The notes beneath the pieces are model-generated. The model was not told the origin of the DNA. It saw nothing but the letters and a program-made list of their open reading frames with translations, and searched no databases. The translations under genes and the position numbers were made by a program. Positions 1 through 13,939 of a stretch of DNA of 64,000 bases are shown here, one piece after another. Position 1 is the stretch's first letter, and each line of letters starts with the position of its first letter. The DNA comes from Centroscyllium fabricii (Eukaryota), in contig JBNRSN020000024.1 of the NCBI GenBank assembly GCA_051313645.2, forward strand, positions 48,794,001-48,858,000. The letters run 5' to 3'.

Positions 1-244
1 ATTTTGGGGGACTGAGCTCCACGATTTTGTCCAGTTTTCCATAAAAATGGAGTACGTATGTATTTCATTTTTATCTCAATTTTTTTAAAGCCCAAGATAC
101 ACAGCAAGATTATCTTCAAGATGCACAAGATTTGAAGTAAAGACCTGTTTTTTAGCTGCAGTGGAAGGGGAGGGCTTGTGGGTTCATCAGCACTTGCGGG
201 GGGTGAGGTAACAGGTTTTGCAATAAAAAAAAGTGGTGGTCTTA

Positions 245-855
245 TAGAATCATCGAGTTATACAGCACAGAAAGAGGCCCTTCGGCCCATCGTGTCCGCG
301 CCGGCCATCAAGCCCTTTCTATTCTAAATCCCATTTTCCAGCACTTGCTCCGTAGCCTTGTATGCTATGGTGTTTCAAGTGCTCATCTAAATGCTTCTTG
401 AATGTTGTGAGGGTTCCTGCCTCTACCACCCTCTCAGGCAGTGAGTTCCAGATTCCAACCACCCTCTGGGTGAAAAAGTTCTTCCTCAAATCCCCTCTAA
501 ACCTCCTGCCCCTTACCTTGAAACTATGCCCACTTGTTACTGACCCCTCTACTAAGGGAAAAAGTTCCTTTCTATCTACCCTATCTATGCCCCTCATAAT
601 TTTGTACACTTCAATCAGGTCCCCCCTCAGCCTTCTCTGCGCCAAGGAAATCAACCCCAGCCTGTCCAGTCTTTCTTCATAGCTGAAGCGCTCCAGCCCA
701 GGTAACATCCTGGTGAATCTCCTCTGCACCCTCTCCAAAGCAATCACATCCTTCCTATAGTGTGGCGACCAGAACTGCACACAGTATTCCAGCTGTGGCC
801 TTACTAGCGTTTTGTACAGCTCCATCATAACCTTCCTGCTCTTATATTCTATGCC
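245..855 (-). mobile_element. CR1 LINE 3' fragment (ORF2 C-terminus and 3' UTR)
   Basis: ORF 319-888 contains LYKTLVRPQLEYCVQFWSP...RRLRGDLIEVYKI...NFFTQRVV, the typical CR1 ORF2 end. An 11-bp continuation (GGCTAATGAAG) resumes at 2953 after the Rex insertion. Confidence 0.92.
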
Positions 856-2952
856 ATCCCGTGCCCCCACCTCGGGAATTCCGACCACCTTTCACTGTTC
901 CTCGCCCCAGCATACAAACCACTCATCAAAAGGGTGAAAGCTTCAGCCAAAACAGTCAGGGTATGGCCAGAAGGGGCAGCCTCAGAGCTACAAGACTGCT
1001 TCGAACGCACTGAATGGAGCATGTTCGCTCACACGGACATCGAGGAATACGCATCAACAGTGCTTTTTTACATCAACAGCTGTGTCGAGGTGGTCACTAC
1101 CCAAAAACCCATCAAGACATTCCCAACCAGAAACCCTGGATGAACGGGGAGGTCCGCTCGCTGCTGAAGGCGCGTGACACAGCTTTCAAATCTGGGGATG
1201 TGGCGGCTTACAGCACAGCCAGGGCCAACCTAAAGAGGGTTATCAGGTCTGCCAAACGAAATCAGACACTGAAGATAGAGGAACACTTTCACAACAACTC
1301 AGACCCTCGACGTATGTGGCAAGGCATACAGTCCATCACGGACTACAAGTGCAGAAACACCAGCCCCCCGACCAGCGATGCCTCCCTACCGGAGGAACTC
1401 AACAACTCTACGCTCGCTTCGACAGGGCCAACAGGGAGCCAGCCACCAAAGTCCTGCAATCTCCTGAAGACCAGCCATTAACACTGTCCTGCTCCGACGT
1501 AAGAGGTGCTCTACGTGGAGTGAACGCACGGAAGGCCGCGGGTCCTGATGGCATCCCCGGCCGGGCACTCAAAGAATGTGCTGACCAACTGGCTGAAGTC
1601 TTCACTGACATCTTCAACCTGTCACTGGCGAAGGCAGCTGTCCCTACCTGCTTCAAGACCGCCACCATCATCCCTGTGCCCAAGAAAACGGCCGTGACGT
1701 GCCTGAACGACTACCGCCCTGTCGCACTTACACCCATTATCATGAAGTGTTTCGAGCGGCTGGTCCTGGCCCACATCAAAGCCAGCATCCCCGCCGCCCT
1801 GGACCAATACCAGTTCGCCTACCGTGGGAACAGATCTACGGAAGATACGTATATCAGAATGCTGTTTATTGACTACAGCTCAGCATTCAACACCATCGTC
1901 CCCAGCAAATTGTCAAACAAACTCCTCACCCTCGGCCTGAACACCTCCCTCTGCAACTAGACCCTGGACTTCCTAACCAACAGACCACAGTCTGTGAAGT
2001 TAGGCAACCTCACCTCCCCCCCCACCCCTTACCCTGAACAAGGCTGTGTGCTGAGTCCCCTCCTCTACTCCCTCTTCACTCACGACTGTGCGGCTGTCCA
2101 TGGCTCCAACACGATCATCAAGTTTGCGGATGACACCACGGTGGTTGGCCAGATCACCAACAACGATGAGTCAGCCTACAGGGATGAGATCCAGCGCCTT
2201 GTGGGATGGTGTGCCGACAACAACCTGGCATTGAACACCAAGAAAACTAAGGAGATCATAGTGGACTTCCGGAGGACTGGAAGCAGAAGACACACCCCCA
2301 TCTTCATCCAAGGGGCTGAGGTGGAAAGGGTGTCAAGCTTCAAGTTCCTCAGGGTCCATATCTCGGAAGATCTCTCCTGGTCACTAAACACCTCCTCTCT
2401 GGTTAAGAAGGCCCAACAGCGCCTGTACTTCCTAAGGAAGCTGAAGAAAGCCAGGCTGTCATCCGGCATCCTCTCCAACTTCTACCGTTGCACAATCGAA
2501 AGCATACTGACAAGCTGCATCACAGTCTGGTATGGAAATTGCACCATCTCGGACCGGAAGACCCTGCAGCGGGTAGTCAAAACTGCCCAACGAATCACCG
2601 GTACCCAGCTACCGTCAATGGAAAGCATCTATCTCAAACACTGCCTACGGAGGTCTCTGAACATTATTAAAGACCCCACACACCCCAGCCACAGTCTGTT
2701 CGCGCCCCTGCCCTCCGGGAGACGCTGCAGATCAATTCGCACCCGCACGACTAGATTTAAGAACAGCTTCTTCCCCAGGGCTGTCAGCCTCCTGAACTCT
2801 AAAAATAAACTCCGGTACCTGCACACCTGAAAATGTACTTTACTGTATGCAATTTGCATGTAATTTATTTGCACTACTCTCGGGAGCGTCGAGTCTTCGT
2901 CTCGTTGTATTGTACTAGTACTCTGCAATGACAATAAAACTTGAATTGAATT
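856..2952 (+). mobile_element. Rex1/Babar LINE, 5'-truncated and frameshifted, inserted in the CR1
   Basis: RT motifs [41 protein letters not shown]; C-terminal KAQQRLYFLR and RFKNSFFP; AATAAA followed by a (TTGAA)n tail. Confidence 0.9.
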
Positions 2953-3779
2953 GGCTAATGAAGTGTGAAAGCACAGTTGAGGGTCCTCGAGTTTGAAAGC
3001 ATCACAGTGGCTTCCATGGAAGCTCAGAGGGGGTGGTCTCGGGGGGGTTTGACAGCATCGGTGTGGTCCTGCGGGTTTTAAAACACTGAAGTGGCTCCCG
3101 AGGGATTTGACTAGATAGATTAATAGCCTGTCGTCTGGTAACACTGAGGAAGGTTCCTGGGGTTTGGAACCTCAACAGAAGGGAAACCTGAGGTTTGACA
3201 GAACTGGAAGGGGAGGGGCGTGGGTCTTGCTTACCCACTGCAGCTATATAAACAGATACCTGAGCTGCAAAAACTGTTATTTTTGAATTACGAAACGAAC
3301 AAAAAAAAGCAGGTCCTTTATCTCTCGCTACCGAAGAAGAGATGAACACATGCTTTGCTCAAATAAACCAAAATGACCTCATAAAACATTCAAAAGGTTT
3401 CCATGTTGTAATACATTTTTTTTTAAACCTTTAATCTACAAATTGTGTTTGGTCTGAGGAGTGGGGGCTCGGAAATTACAAATAGTAAATTCTAGCAAGT
3501 TGTAAATGGCCAACTTTGTTAATAAAATGATCAAAAGTAGTGAACAATATTACCAGGGAGAACCTTCTTTGTTTATTTGAATTATTCATCACTAAGTTGG
3601 ACAAGCATCCATTAAATCCCTTAAAGTAGTGCTTGATGAATGCTAGCCAGACTGCTTGCAAGCATTGACATTTATATCATATTGAATCTTATTCAATTAT
3701 CCAGTAGCAATCACATCCGTAAAATACAACTTTGGCTGGCTGAACAGCATTACTAACAGAATTAATAAAATGAGTTCGA

Positions 3780-4757
3780 TAGCAAAATACTGCAGATGCT
3801 GGAAATCCGAAATAACAGAAAATGCTGGAAAAACTCAGCAGGCCCGGTAGCATCCGTGTTGAGAGAAATATAGAGTCGACAAAGGGTCCCGACCCGAAAC
3901 GTTGGGGGGGAATTTCATGTCCCCGTGAGGCGGGGTTTTCGGCGGCCCGGCCGGCAAAATAGTGGAACCGGCGGGTCCCGACCTCCCCCGCCGCTTTATC
4001 ATTTTCTCCCACCCAGATTCCCCACCCCGAAACCTTCCCGCCGCCGGCCAGCAGGGATGGGTTGTCACCTCGTTAAGGGCCCTTAATTGGCACCTTTAAT
4101 GCCATTTTAACGGCCCTCAGCCATTTTGCCCTGTTTCCTGCCCTAACCCTGTCACCTTAAACCCCGCTGGGCGAAACCCACAGCGGGAGCACAGCGCTGG
4201 TTATTACTTTCTCCTTCAAGGTGTGAAGGACATGCTGCCAAATGGTTGGCATGCCTCCAGCACCTTAGAGGAGTATGTAACTCCGTGCTGGCTGCAGCAG
4301 CTGTGAGCAGAAACTGAGAAACCTCAGCTCTGCACATTTCCTGACAGCCGGTGTGAGCTGTCAAGGATTCTGAGCCCGCCCGTCCACCTGTCAGTCACCA
4401 GCACTTGACCGTTCCCATTGGTTCCACTCGACTGTGATGTCACAGTGGAGTGTTTCCATGGGAACTGTCAACAACCAGTGCTGGAACTGTCAATCAAACT
4501 CCTGGCAGCCCCGATGCAGCCCGACTCGATTGACTTAATTACTTTCCGCTGCTGCCGGCGGGGATTTAACAACCCAATTAAATTAAAATTGCGTGGCCTT
4601 CCCAGCTGTTTGGGCGGGCGGGACAGGAAGCCGCCCCGACCAATCCCCGCCAGGTTCCCGTCCTTCCGGCAAAGTGCCCCTCCTTGGCTTTATTTCTCTC
4701 TTCCCGGATGTTGCCTGGCCTGCTGAGTTTTTCCAGCATTTTCTGTTGTTATTTTTG
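3780..4757. mobile_element. Penelope-type pseudo-LTR remnants in inverted orientation, interrupted by a MITE
   Basis: AATAACAGAAAATGCTGGAAAAACTCAGCAGG near 3811 is inverted relative to CCTGCTGAGTTTTTCCAGCATTTTCTGTTGTTATT near 4719. The same sequence follows the ribozyme cores at 47573 and 62965. Confidence 0.6.
3905..4683. mobile_element. Non-autonomous PIF/Harbinger-like element
   Basis: GGGGGGAATTT / AAAGTGCCCCTCC termini, apparent 3-bp TTG duplication, and internal blocks shared (inverted) with the elements at 7483, 17567 and 27741. Confidence 0.6.
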
Positions 4758-6154
4758 ATAAAAAATGAGTTGTCCTATTCATCTGAAAGACTGGCATCAA
4801 GCCATTAGAATGTCCCCAAAACACTTTCACTTTGCTGCATTGGTTTCATCAAAGGAAGGCTGTATCACTCTCCCACTAACATTCTCCAATTTAGTTTTGC
4901 ACGCAAAGTCATTCTCCATTAAATCTTGAGGAGAACCTGAGCTGACAAATCCAGAGGGAGTTTCCGAAGCCAATGAAAAAGTGGGTCTCTGCTGGAACAA
5001 AATTAGTTGCGCTGTTTACATTGTTTAGTGCAGCCAACAGCGGATAGGACTGTTTGCTATCAGCTGCATTTTCAGGTTTAATGAAGACTACACGCAGGAC
5101 CTCAATCCTTTGGTTACCTTGTATGACCACTGTTTTTAGCAACACTTACGCTATATACATGCAAAAAGAAGTCTATGCAAGGTATTATTCTCCCAATATT
5201 CCACATTTTCTTTTTGCAGGGTACTTGCCAATATGCATAATTCTTCAATGAGAACAAGACTGGCAAAGCTGCAGATTTTTCTAACTATACTGCTCTTTAA
5301 ACAACAGGGTGGAAATGCAATTTAAATAGAGGAAGTTGAACATTTTATTTTAAACTCGCCATCACTTACTGCCTCTAATTTGGAATCTACCACTTCCATA
5401 TGGTGCCAAAACTGATGGTTCTGCAGAGAAGCAGCCATTCATAAAGTATGTGCAGCAACATTCATGATTTTTGACCCCCTCTTTTGTCAGTCATATGCCA
5501 TACCAAACCTCACTCCCCCACCCCTACAAACGACATTAATTTTTGACTTCCCCCTCTCAACAAAGTAATTGAATTGGACCTCAAATACAATAGTCTGATT
5601 GCATCCTCTCCCTGGGACAATCAGAGTAACACAAAGACTATTCTCAGAACACAATTCTGTACTTAGAACCAAGTTCTGCCCCATCTAATTCAAATTTCTC
5701 AATCGGAGCTTAAAGCAGCATACACACACTTGGGCAACACCACCACCCAGCACTCTCCTTCCCCAAATCATTTCCTTTATACCTTTTCTGTAATTCCCCA
5801 ACATATTTATACACAAGTTTTATGGATGGCCCCAAAGCATGAAACTTGCCCATAACTAAAATAACTAAGTTCCAGAACAGGCAACTTTGGAAAGCAAATT
5901 TATGACATTCTGGTTGTTAACTCAATTGTTTGGCCGCGTGAGCAACTGGATCACTTAATATTATGAGTGAAACATCATTAAATCAATATTCTTTAACAAT
6001 TGTAACATTGCTGCTGCAGAATTACTGGCATCATCAACCCTTCAAGGGGCACAGTTATACAGCAGAAATCGCCTTTTTGCTACTCAAATTTATAATTTTA
6101 AGCAAACTTATAAAAGGAAATGGCGAGAAACACGCTAATTTGAATTATTAGAAA

Positions 6155-6600
6155 GAAAAACACTTGCAGTTATATAGTACCTCTTATAACCTCACGATGT
6201 CACAAAGCACTTTGCAGCCAATGAAGTACTTTTATACACACTCGTGTAATGACGGCAAACACAGCAGCCAACTTGCACATAGCAAGGCACCACAAACAGA
6301 ACTGAGATAACTGACCAGATCATCTGGGTTTTTTTAAAGTGGTGTTGGTTGAGAAATAAACGTTGTTCAGGACACAATGCTATACTTCAACTAGTGTCAT
6401 GGAATCTTTTACATCCACCCGAGGGGGCAGATGGGTCCTCGGTTTAACGACTCATCCGAAAGACGATGCCGTCGACTGTGCAGCTCTCCCTTAGTACTGC
6501 ACTGAAGTGTCAGCCTAGATTATGCGCTCAATTCTCTGGAGTGGGGCTTGAACCATGATCTTCTGACACTAGATCGAGAGTGCTACCATTGAGGGAAGGC
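6155..6600 (-). mobile_element. Deu-domain SINE (SacSINE1/AmnSINE1-like)
   Basis: Reverse complement reads CAGTACTAAGGGAGAGCTGCAC...TTTCGGATGAGTCGTTAAACCGAGG...GGATGTAAAAGAT. Paralogous to 13940-14345. Confidence 0.75.
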
Positions 6601-6767
6601 CGACATCCTTGTACCTAATGCCGAACAAAGCTTTTTTTTCTTCCTAAGTTTGCTGAAATTGTTAAACAGGAGTTAAAATGTAATGAGGAAAAGGGTACTC
6701 TGACAGACAAGGTCATAATGGAAAAATAACTAATAAAATTTAAAACACAAGAGTAATCCCTCCTCAT

Positions 6768-7100
6768 GGGACAACCCTCTCATCCCAGGAATCAATCTGG
6801 TGAACCTTTGTTGCACCGCTTCTAAGTCAAGTATATCCTTCCTGAGGTACGGAGACCAAAACGGTACACAGTACTCCAGGTGTGGTCTCACAAAAGCCCT
6901 GTATAATTGCAGCCAGACTTCCTTACTCTTGTACTTAAACCTCTTGCAATAAAGGCCTTCCTAATTGCTTGCTGTACCTGTATGTTAACTTTGTGTTTCG
7001 TGTACAAGGGCACCTAAATCCCTCTGAACACCAACATTTAATAGTTTCTCACCATTTAAAAAAAAATCTGTTTTTCTATTCTTCTTAGCAAAGTGAATAA
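6768..7100 (-). mobile_element. Degenerate CR1 LINE fragment
   Basis: Reverse complement encodes VRPHLEYCVPFWSPYLRKDI...QQRFTRLIPG. Confidence 0.8.
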
Positions 7101-7482
7101 CCTTTCAGATGCATTAGATCTGCAAAACACAACCTCCAACAGCCAAGCTGACTATCTTCAATTCATTTATGCTCCTAAAGGGAGTCCCTTACACTGTCCC
7201 TCAACAGTGTTTCAAGCAATTTTACAACAATCAATGCAAAACTCACAGTTCTATAATTAGCTTACTCATTGCTAAGCCCTTGCTTTGAAGAGGAATATCA
7301 CACTTCTTATTTTCAAGTCCACTGGGTTCTTACCCAAATTCGGTGACCTAGAAAATCTCCTTAATTGAACTCCCAATAAACTTTAAAATAGGGTGAACAC
7401 TGTCAGGGCAAGGATCCTTAGTTACTTGCTAAATAAAAACAGAAAATGTTGGAAGTACACAGATCAGTCAATATAGAATCTT

Positions 7483-8260
7483 GGGGGGGGATTTTCGCAA
7501 AGGTGTGGAAAGCTGACGGGTTTTGGGCGGGTCAGCTTTCTGACATGAATGTTTGAGGGCCTGGGAACCCCACGCAATTTTGGTTTAATTGGCCAATTAA
7601 TTGCCTGTGTGTGGGGAGCCCCTACCAAATGACTGATTCCAGTCAGAAAGCAGCAGGCTGCAGATGAGAGCCAGAGGTTTGATTGGCAGTGCTAAGGACT
7701 GTGTGTTGTTAGTTTCTATGGAAACAGTCCATTGTGACATTACAATGGAGTGCAACCAATCTCAAAGCCCAAGTGGGTTGAGTGACAGGTCTAAGGACTC
7801 ACTGGAAACCTTTCACAATTAGGGGCCGTCTCTCTATGAAGCATTTCAGCATCTGTCAAGGTAAGTGTTTTGAGTATTTTCTTCACAGCTGCTCCTCAGA
7901 GAAGGGAGTCACTTACACCTCCAGGGTGTTGAAGGCCTGGAAGGCATTCTGCTACAAGTCCTTCAATGCCTTGAAGGTGAAAGTGACCAAGCCGACTGCG
8001 ATCCTGCCAGCTTTCACTGGTGGGGTTTCAGGATGGCGGGGTATGGGTGGGAAGGGCTCAAAAATTGCGAGGGGCCCTTAAAATGGGATTACCCATGGCA
8101 ATTAAGGGCCCCTAACGAGCTCAACGATCAACCCCACCGGCGGCGGGCGGGAAAGATTCGGGCCGCGATCCGGCGGGAGGGGTCAAGACCCCCCGGTTTC
8201 GGGATTTTAAGCCCCACCCCGCCGGAAACCCGCCCTCACGGTCCTCCGAAAATCCCCCCC
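7483..8260. mobile_element. Non-autonomous PIF/Harbinger-like element
   Basis: Terminal inverted repeat GGGGGGGATTTTCG / CGAAAATCCCCCCC. It interrupts a CR1 3' tail (ATAGAATC...AAAGCACAGAAGGAGACCATTCGGCC). Confidence 0.7.
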
Positions 8261-9614
8261 ATAAAAACTTAAAGCACAGAAGGAGACCATTCGGCCTGTC
8301 GTACCTGTGCTGAGTTTTTGAAAGAGCAGTCGAGCATAGTTCCATAGTCCCACACCCCCGCCTTTTGTCCGCAACCCTGTAAGTTTCAAGAACCTGTCCA
8401 ATTCCCTTTTAAATTTATTTACGCAATCAGCTTCCACCATCTTTTCAGGTAGAGCGTTCCAAATCCCGACAACTCTCTGAGTGAAACAAAAATCTGGAGA
8501 GAGAAAAGTTATCTTACTTGAATTTAAATAATTACTCCTGCTTCATTAGTTAGAAACAAAACCAGTACTATCTTACCCTTTGTGGGTCCCCTCATCTGCT
8601 GTTTAGACCTTCCGCCAGGTTTCAGTCGCTCTTATGATATTAGCCCCTTATTTACCATTACTTCTAACTCATTTTATTTCTTATGCTCTGGCTTTCATAC
8701 AATTACATCTTAGTTTATTCCTTCTTCTCCTTGCTGTATTCATGATTCCTTATTAATAATTGGTCAACACTATTATACAAACATAGGAAAATGACAAACT
8801 GGAAAAGACCATATGCCGAGTCGTACAGGAAAGGTATTGCATCTACTTGTCTCAATTCAGGCTTGATTAAACGCTTTAATCTTAAAGTATGAAAATAAAC
8901 AGGTTCTGCTGCATTATAAAACATGTAAATATTTGTAGAATTGAATTGAAAATTATTTGGCCATTTTAAATTCTATAAGCTGACTAGCTAATATGGGTAC
9001 AGTAATAACATTTCAAAGAATATATAAGTGTAAACAAAATGTCATCGAGACAGTCTAAAATCTATAGAAAATATATCGAATTTTTTGAAAACTATCTCTG
9101 AAAAGGAAATAAATTCATATTTCGTTTTTGCCGCTCATATTTTTTCTGTGTAATCAATAAAGATTTTGGTTTGTGTTGAATTCTATGACTGATACGTGCA
9201 TATACCAGAGTTGAAAGACCAAACAAACTGGCTTTTGCCATCAGCTAATATTAGGACGAAGTGGGGAATTAAGGGGGAATGTCATGGGAGAGGAAGATAG
9301 TATCTTTAATATAAACTACTCCCTTCAGAAAGACTTAGGGGAGCGAGACATTACTGTGCATCAGACTGGCACCATTTCAAGAAACGCCAGCACTGACTGA
9401 GTACTTGTCTACAATTCATATTGAAATCACTCCCCCGCTACAATAATACATTTTTCATTTAAAAGTACTCCAAATGAGTTGCTGTAAAATGAATCAGTGT
9501 ATCTGAAGAAAATGTTTATACAAGATTCCTCTCTGTTATTTGTTGACTTTGTTTTAATATACTTAGGGAACCCAATAGACAAGAACATTGTGTGAAGTGG
9601 ATAGATGCGCTTAC

Positions 9615-9709
9615 TTGGTGAGTTTTTGCGGAACCATGGCCGTAAGAAACTCAGTTACGATTTCTGGAGTCTGATGTTTGCATGGCGTTTTGGACAAATA
9701 CTTGAGAGT
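9615..9709 (-). CDS. CRCP: CRCP (RNA polymerase III subunit RPC9 / CGRP receptor component) internal exon, TLKYLSKTPCKHQTPEIVTEFLTAMVPQKLT(K)
   Basis: 95-bp exon with acceptor tttcacccacag and donor gtaagc. The peptide matches vertebrate CRCP as I recall it (TLKYISKTPCRHQSPEIVREFLTALKSHKLTK). Confidence 0.95.
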
Positions 9710-10884
9710 CTGTGGGTGAAATACAGTACACAGGTTAAGCACTCTGATGTCCTCTGTAATGCAGAAGACTCTGATGCAAATTATAATCTATTTCCATCTC
9801 TTCTGCTTTGTTACACACTCTTTAATCTCAGTTATTGCCATCAGGAAAATACTGGCATGTTAAATAAAAATATTGAACAGGAGCCACAAGTTATTTTTGT
9901 ATTCATCATTTACGATTTACTGATTTGTAAATTTACTGTGCAGTGGCACTCGGGTAATTTGCTACAGCACATACATTCTGAAAGTATCTCCCTCGCGACA
10001 ATGATCTGCACTGGAGCAAACATAAAATAGTACTGAGTTTTTAACTTGAAGTAACCTACTCCATCTACAATGCTGGAGCACTAAGTTCAAAACCTGGGTT
10101 TTAACCTCAATCTGAAATGATATTAGAATTTGAGTTTCCCATGAAGGGTAAACTTTGCCAGTCGCAGCTGGTCTAGAAGAACTCTTTCCTGCATCTGTCA
10201 AGCACACGATTATTTCACCAAGGAATGATACTGATGGTATCAATAATGTCACCTACTTTATCACTGATGATTGAATAAGTGCAGAATGATACAATAGGGG
10301 GAGGGGGTTAAAGTACCCAAAAACCAGGATCTTGTCAAAAGTTGCCATACTAATTGGAATTCCACGTCCTACAATGAAAATAACGACATAAGCTACAGAT
10401 GCCAAAATTAAAATTGATTCTCCGCAGGATGCTTGGCCAACTGCTGGAAGTAATTCAATCTCAACATTCAACTGACAAACAAACTTAGCTCTTGTGGGTT
10501 ACAATGTCATCCTTATTTAGTGCATTGTAATTCACTCCCAGCTATCTGCTATCCTTTAATTTAATAAACATGGATAAAAACCAGGGTTGTGATGAGGGTC
10601 GGAAGGGCAGCACTTGGAAAATTAACACGGTTTTTGTGCATCTCATGACAATGTCAAGCATATGCAGGTCAGGCACAGTTTAGCTATCCTTTTATGTTCT
10701 TCCTTTGGACTCCTGCAATATTACCAACAACAGACACCCTTACATTCTGAATATTATGATTGCTCAATGATGCATACAGTTGAATTATCAAGACTGTTCT
10801 GCCATCGACTTACATCAAATGGGATCTAAATTGAACACCTCACAAAATTAGATTTACAATCTTGAAACTAACTGAAACTAACTG

Positions 10885-13800
10885 AAACCAGGTAGTATTA
10901 GGTCAGAGAATGAAAGGTATATATTTTAACGCAAGGAGTCTGACTAACAAGGTGGATGAGTTAAAGGTATTGGTTGACTCATGGGAATATGATATAGTAG
11001 CTATCACGGAGACGTGGCTGAAGGAGGGGCAGGAATGGCAGCTAAATATTCCGGGGTATAGAATTTTCAGGCGGGACAGAGACGAGGGAAAAAGGGGAGG
11101 GGGGGTAGCGATACTGATTAAGGATTCAATCACAGCCATCAGGCGGGTCGACCTAATGGATGATTCCTCAAACGAGGCACTATGGGTGGAGGTAAAAAAT
11201 AAAAAGGGGGGGGGGGCACCTTACTGGGAGTATATTATAGACCACCAAACAGTAAAGGGGAGATGGAGGGTAAGATATGTGAGCAAATCACGAAGATAAG
11301 CGAAAATAACAAAGTAATAATATTAGGGGACTTTAATTTCCCCAACATCAACTGGGATTGTCAGAGTGTGAGGGGCACGGAAGGTTCAGCATTCTTAAAA
11401 TGCAGCCAAGAGAGTTTTTTGAAGCAATATGTTGGGTCACCTACAAGGGGGGGGGCGGTACTAGACCTAATACTTGGGAACGAGGACGGGCAGATAGAGG
11501 AGGTAACAGTGGGGGAGCACTTCGGGGATAGCGACCACAATTCAGTTAGTTTCAAGATTGTAATGGAGAAGGATAAAAATGGACCAGGGGTAAAAGTACT
11601 AAACTGGGGGAAGGCGGATTTCATTAAAATTAGGCGCGATGTAGCCGCAGTAGATTGGGGCCATCTTCTCAGAGGAAGATCTGCATCAGAGCAGTGGGAG
11701 GCCTTCAGAGGGAAAGTCGGGAAGATACAGGAGGAACATGTTCCTGCAAAAATCAAGGGCGGGGGAGGTAAACAAAGGGAACCTTGGATGTCTAGGGATA
11801 TATGTAAATTAATGAAGAAAAAAAGGGGGGCCTTCAATGAATATAAACGGCTAAAAACTGAGGAGGCGCTAGGGGAGTATAAGAAGTATAGGGGGGAATT
11901 AAAGAAGGAGATAAGAAAAGCCAAGAGGGGTCATGAGATTGCAATGGCCGGCAAAATCAAGGATAACCCTAAGGCATTTTACAGTTATATAAAAAACAAA
12001 AGGATCACGAGGGAAAGAGTGGGGCCCATTAACGACGATAGCGGAAAGTTGTGCGTCGAGCCCGAGGCGGTGGGGGAGGTACTAAACGAATTTTTCTCTT
12101 CAGTATTCACAAGAGAGAGGGACGGAACCGACATCGTAATCGGACAGAGTGTAGGGGGGGTAATTGAGGATATTACCATTACAAGGGAAGAAGTACTAGA
12201 AATCTTGGGAAGCTTAAAGGTAGACAAATCACCAGGGCCGGACGCGATGTTCCCCAGGCTGCTGTTCGAGGCCAGGGAAGAGCTTGCGGGCCCCCTGTCT
12301 CAAATTTTCAGGTCCTCTCTCGCGTCAGGGGATGTACCCGAGGACTGGAGAACGGCTAATGTAGTACCCCTGTTTAAAAAGGGTAGTAGGGACAAACCGG
12401 GTAACTATAGGCCAATCAGTCTTACATCTGTAGTGGGGAAAGTAATGGAAAAAATTCTGAGGGACAAAATCAGTCTGCATTTGGAAAAGCAGGGTCTGAT
12501 AAGGGATAGTCAACATGGCTTCGTCAAAGGTAAGTCGTGCCTAACTAATCTGTTGGAATTCTTTGAAGAGGTAACAAAGAGGGTGGATGAAGGGTGTACT
12601 GTTGACGTGGTGTATATGGACTTCAGCAAGGCTTTTGATAAAGTCCCACATAGGAGACTAATAACAAAGGTTAAAGCACATGGGATACAGGGCAACTTGG
12701 CACAGTGGATTCAAAATTGGCTGGGGGATAGGAGACAAAGGGTAATGGTAGAGGGCTGCTTCTGTGACTGGAAACCAGTAACCAGCGGTGTCCCCCAAGG
12801 ATCGGTTTTGGGACCCTTACTGTTTCTAGTATACATCAATGATTTGGACATGGGAGTAGGGGGTACGATCAGCAAATTTGCTGATGATACGAAAATTGGA
12901 AGGGTGGTAAATAACGATGAAGATAGTAAAAGGCTCCAGGAAGATATAAATGTAATGGTTAGTTGGGCAGAAAAATGGCAAATGGAGTTCAACCCAGAGA
13001 AATGCGAGGTCATACAATTCGGCAGACCAAATGGGGTAAGGGAATATACCATGAACAAAAAAACATTAAGTAGGACCGAGGAACAGAGGGACCTTGGGGT
13101 ACAGGTGCACAGCTCCCTGAAGGTTGCTGGACACGTAAACAAGGTGGTTAAAAAGGCATACGGAATTCTGGCCTTTATTAACCAGGGCATAGTATACAAA
13201 AGTAGGGAGGTAATGTTAAACTTGTATAACACGCTGGTGAGACCTCAGCTGGAGTACTGTGTGCAGTTCTGGTCACCGCACTTCAGGAAGGATGTGGTTG
13301 CCCTGGAGAGGGTGCAGAGAAGGTTTACCAGGATGATACCTGGTCTGGGGGACCTATGCTACGAGGAAAGGCTGGACAGGCTGGGGTTGTTTGCCTTGGA
13401 GAAGAGAAGATTGAGGGGTGACATGATTGAGGTGTACAGGATCATGAGAGGACACGACAGGGTGGATAAAGGGGCATTGTTTCCCTTGGTGGGAGAGTCA
13501 AATACTAGGGGACATAGATTCAAGATTAGGGGGGGGAGGTTTAGAGGGGAGGTAAGGAGAAATTTCTTTACTCAGAGGGTGGTGGAAGTGTGGAACTCCC
13601 TGCCTGTAAGGGTGGTAGAGGCAGAAACCATCGCAACATTTAAAAAATATTTGGACCAGCACATGAAGGACCGTAACATACAGGGTTATGGGCCAGGTGC
13701 GGGCAAATGGGGTTAGTATAGTGAGGAGTTTCCTGGGCCGGTGCGGACTGGATGGGCCGAATGGCCTTTATCCGCACTGTAAAGTTTCTATGATTCTATG
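10885..13800 (+). mobile_element. CR1 LINE with near-complete ORF2 (APE endonuclease + RT)
   Basis: Endonuclease motifs YFNARSL, ITETW, GDFN, SDH; RT motifs YMDFSKAFDKV, GVPQGSVLGP, KFADD; CR1 C-terminus and (ATTCTATG)-type tail. One frameshift, in a G homopolymer near 11205-11217. Confidence 0.95.
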
Positions 13801-13939
13801 ATATGTAAATATAATCAGGTACTGCATAATGAACCCTGCAGAAATGTCCCATTAATTCAAAGTAGTTAACTTTTTGATATTGAAGTTCAGAAATAGAGGA
13901 GCTCTTCAGATACATTGTAGCTAGCACCCTAAATTTTAA

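Noticed and set aside
1-9600. Downstream CRCP exons (AEKLQLLNHRP..., MVEESEERL...)
   Set aside because: Searched by eye and not found; probably outside the window, though I may have missed them.
9605-10030. 141-aa plus-strand ORF
   Set aside because: Antisense shadow overlapping the CRCP exon, with no recognisable domain.
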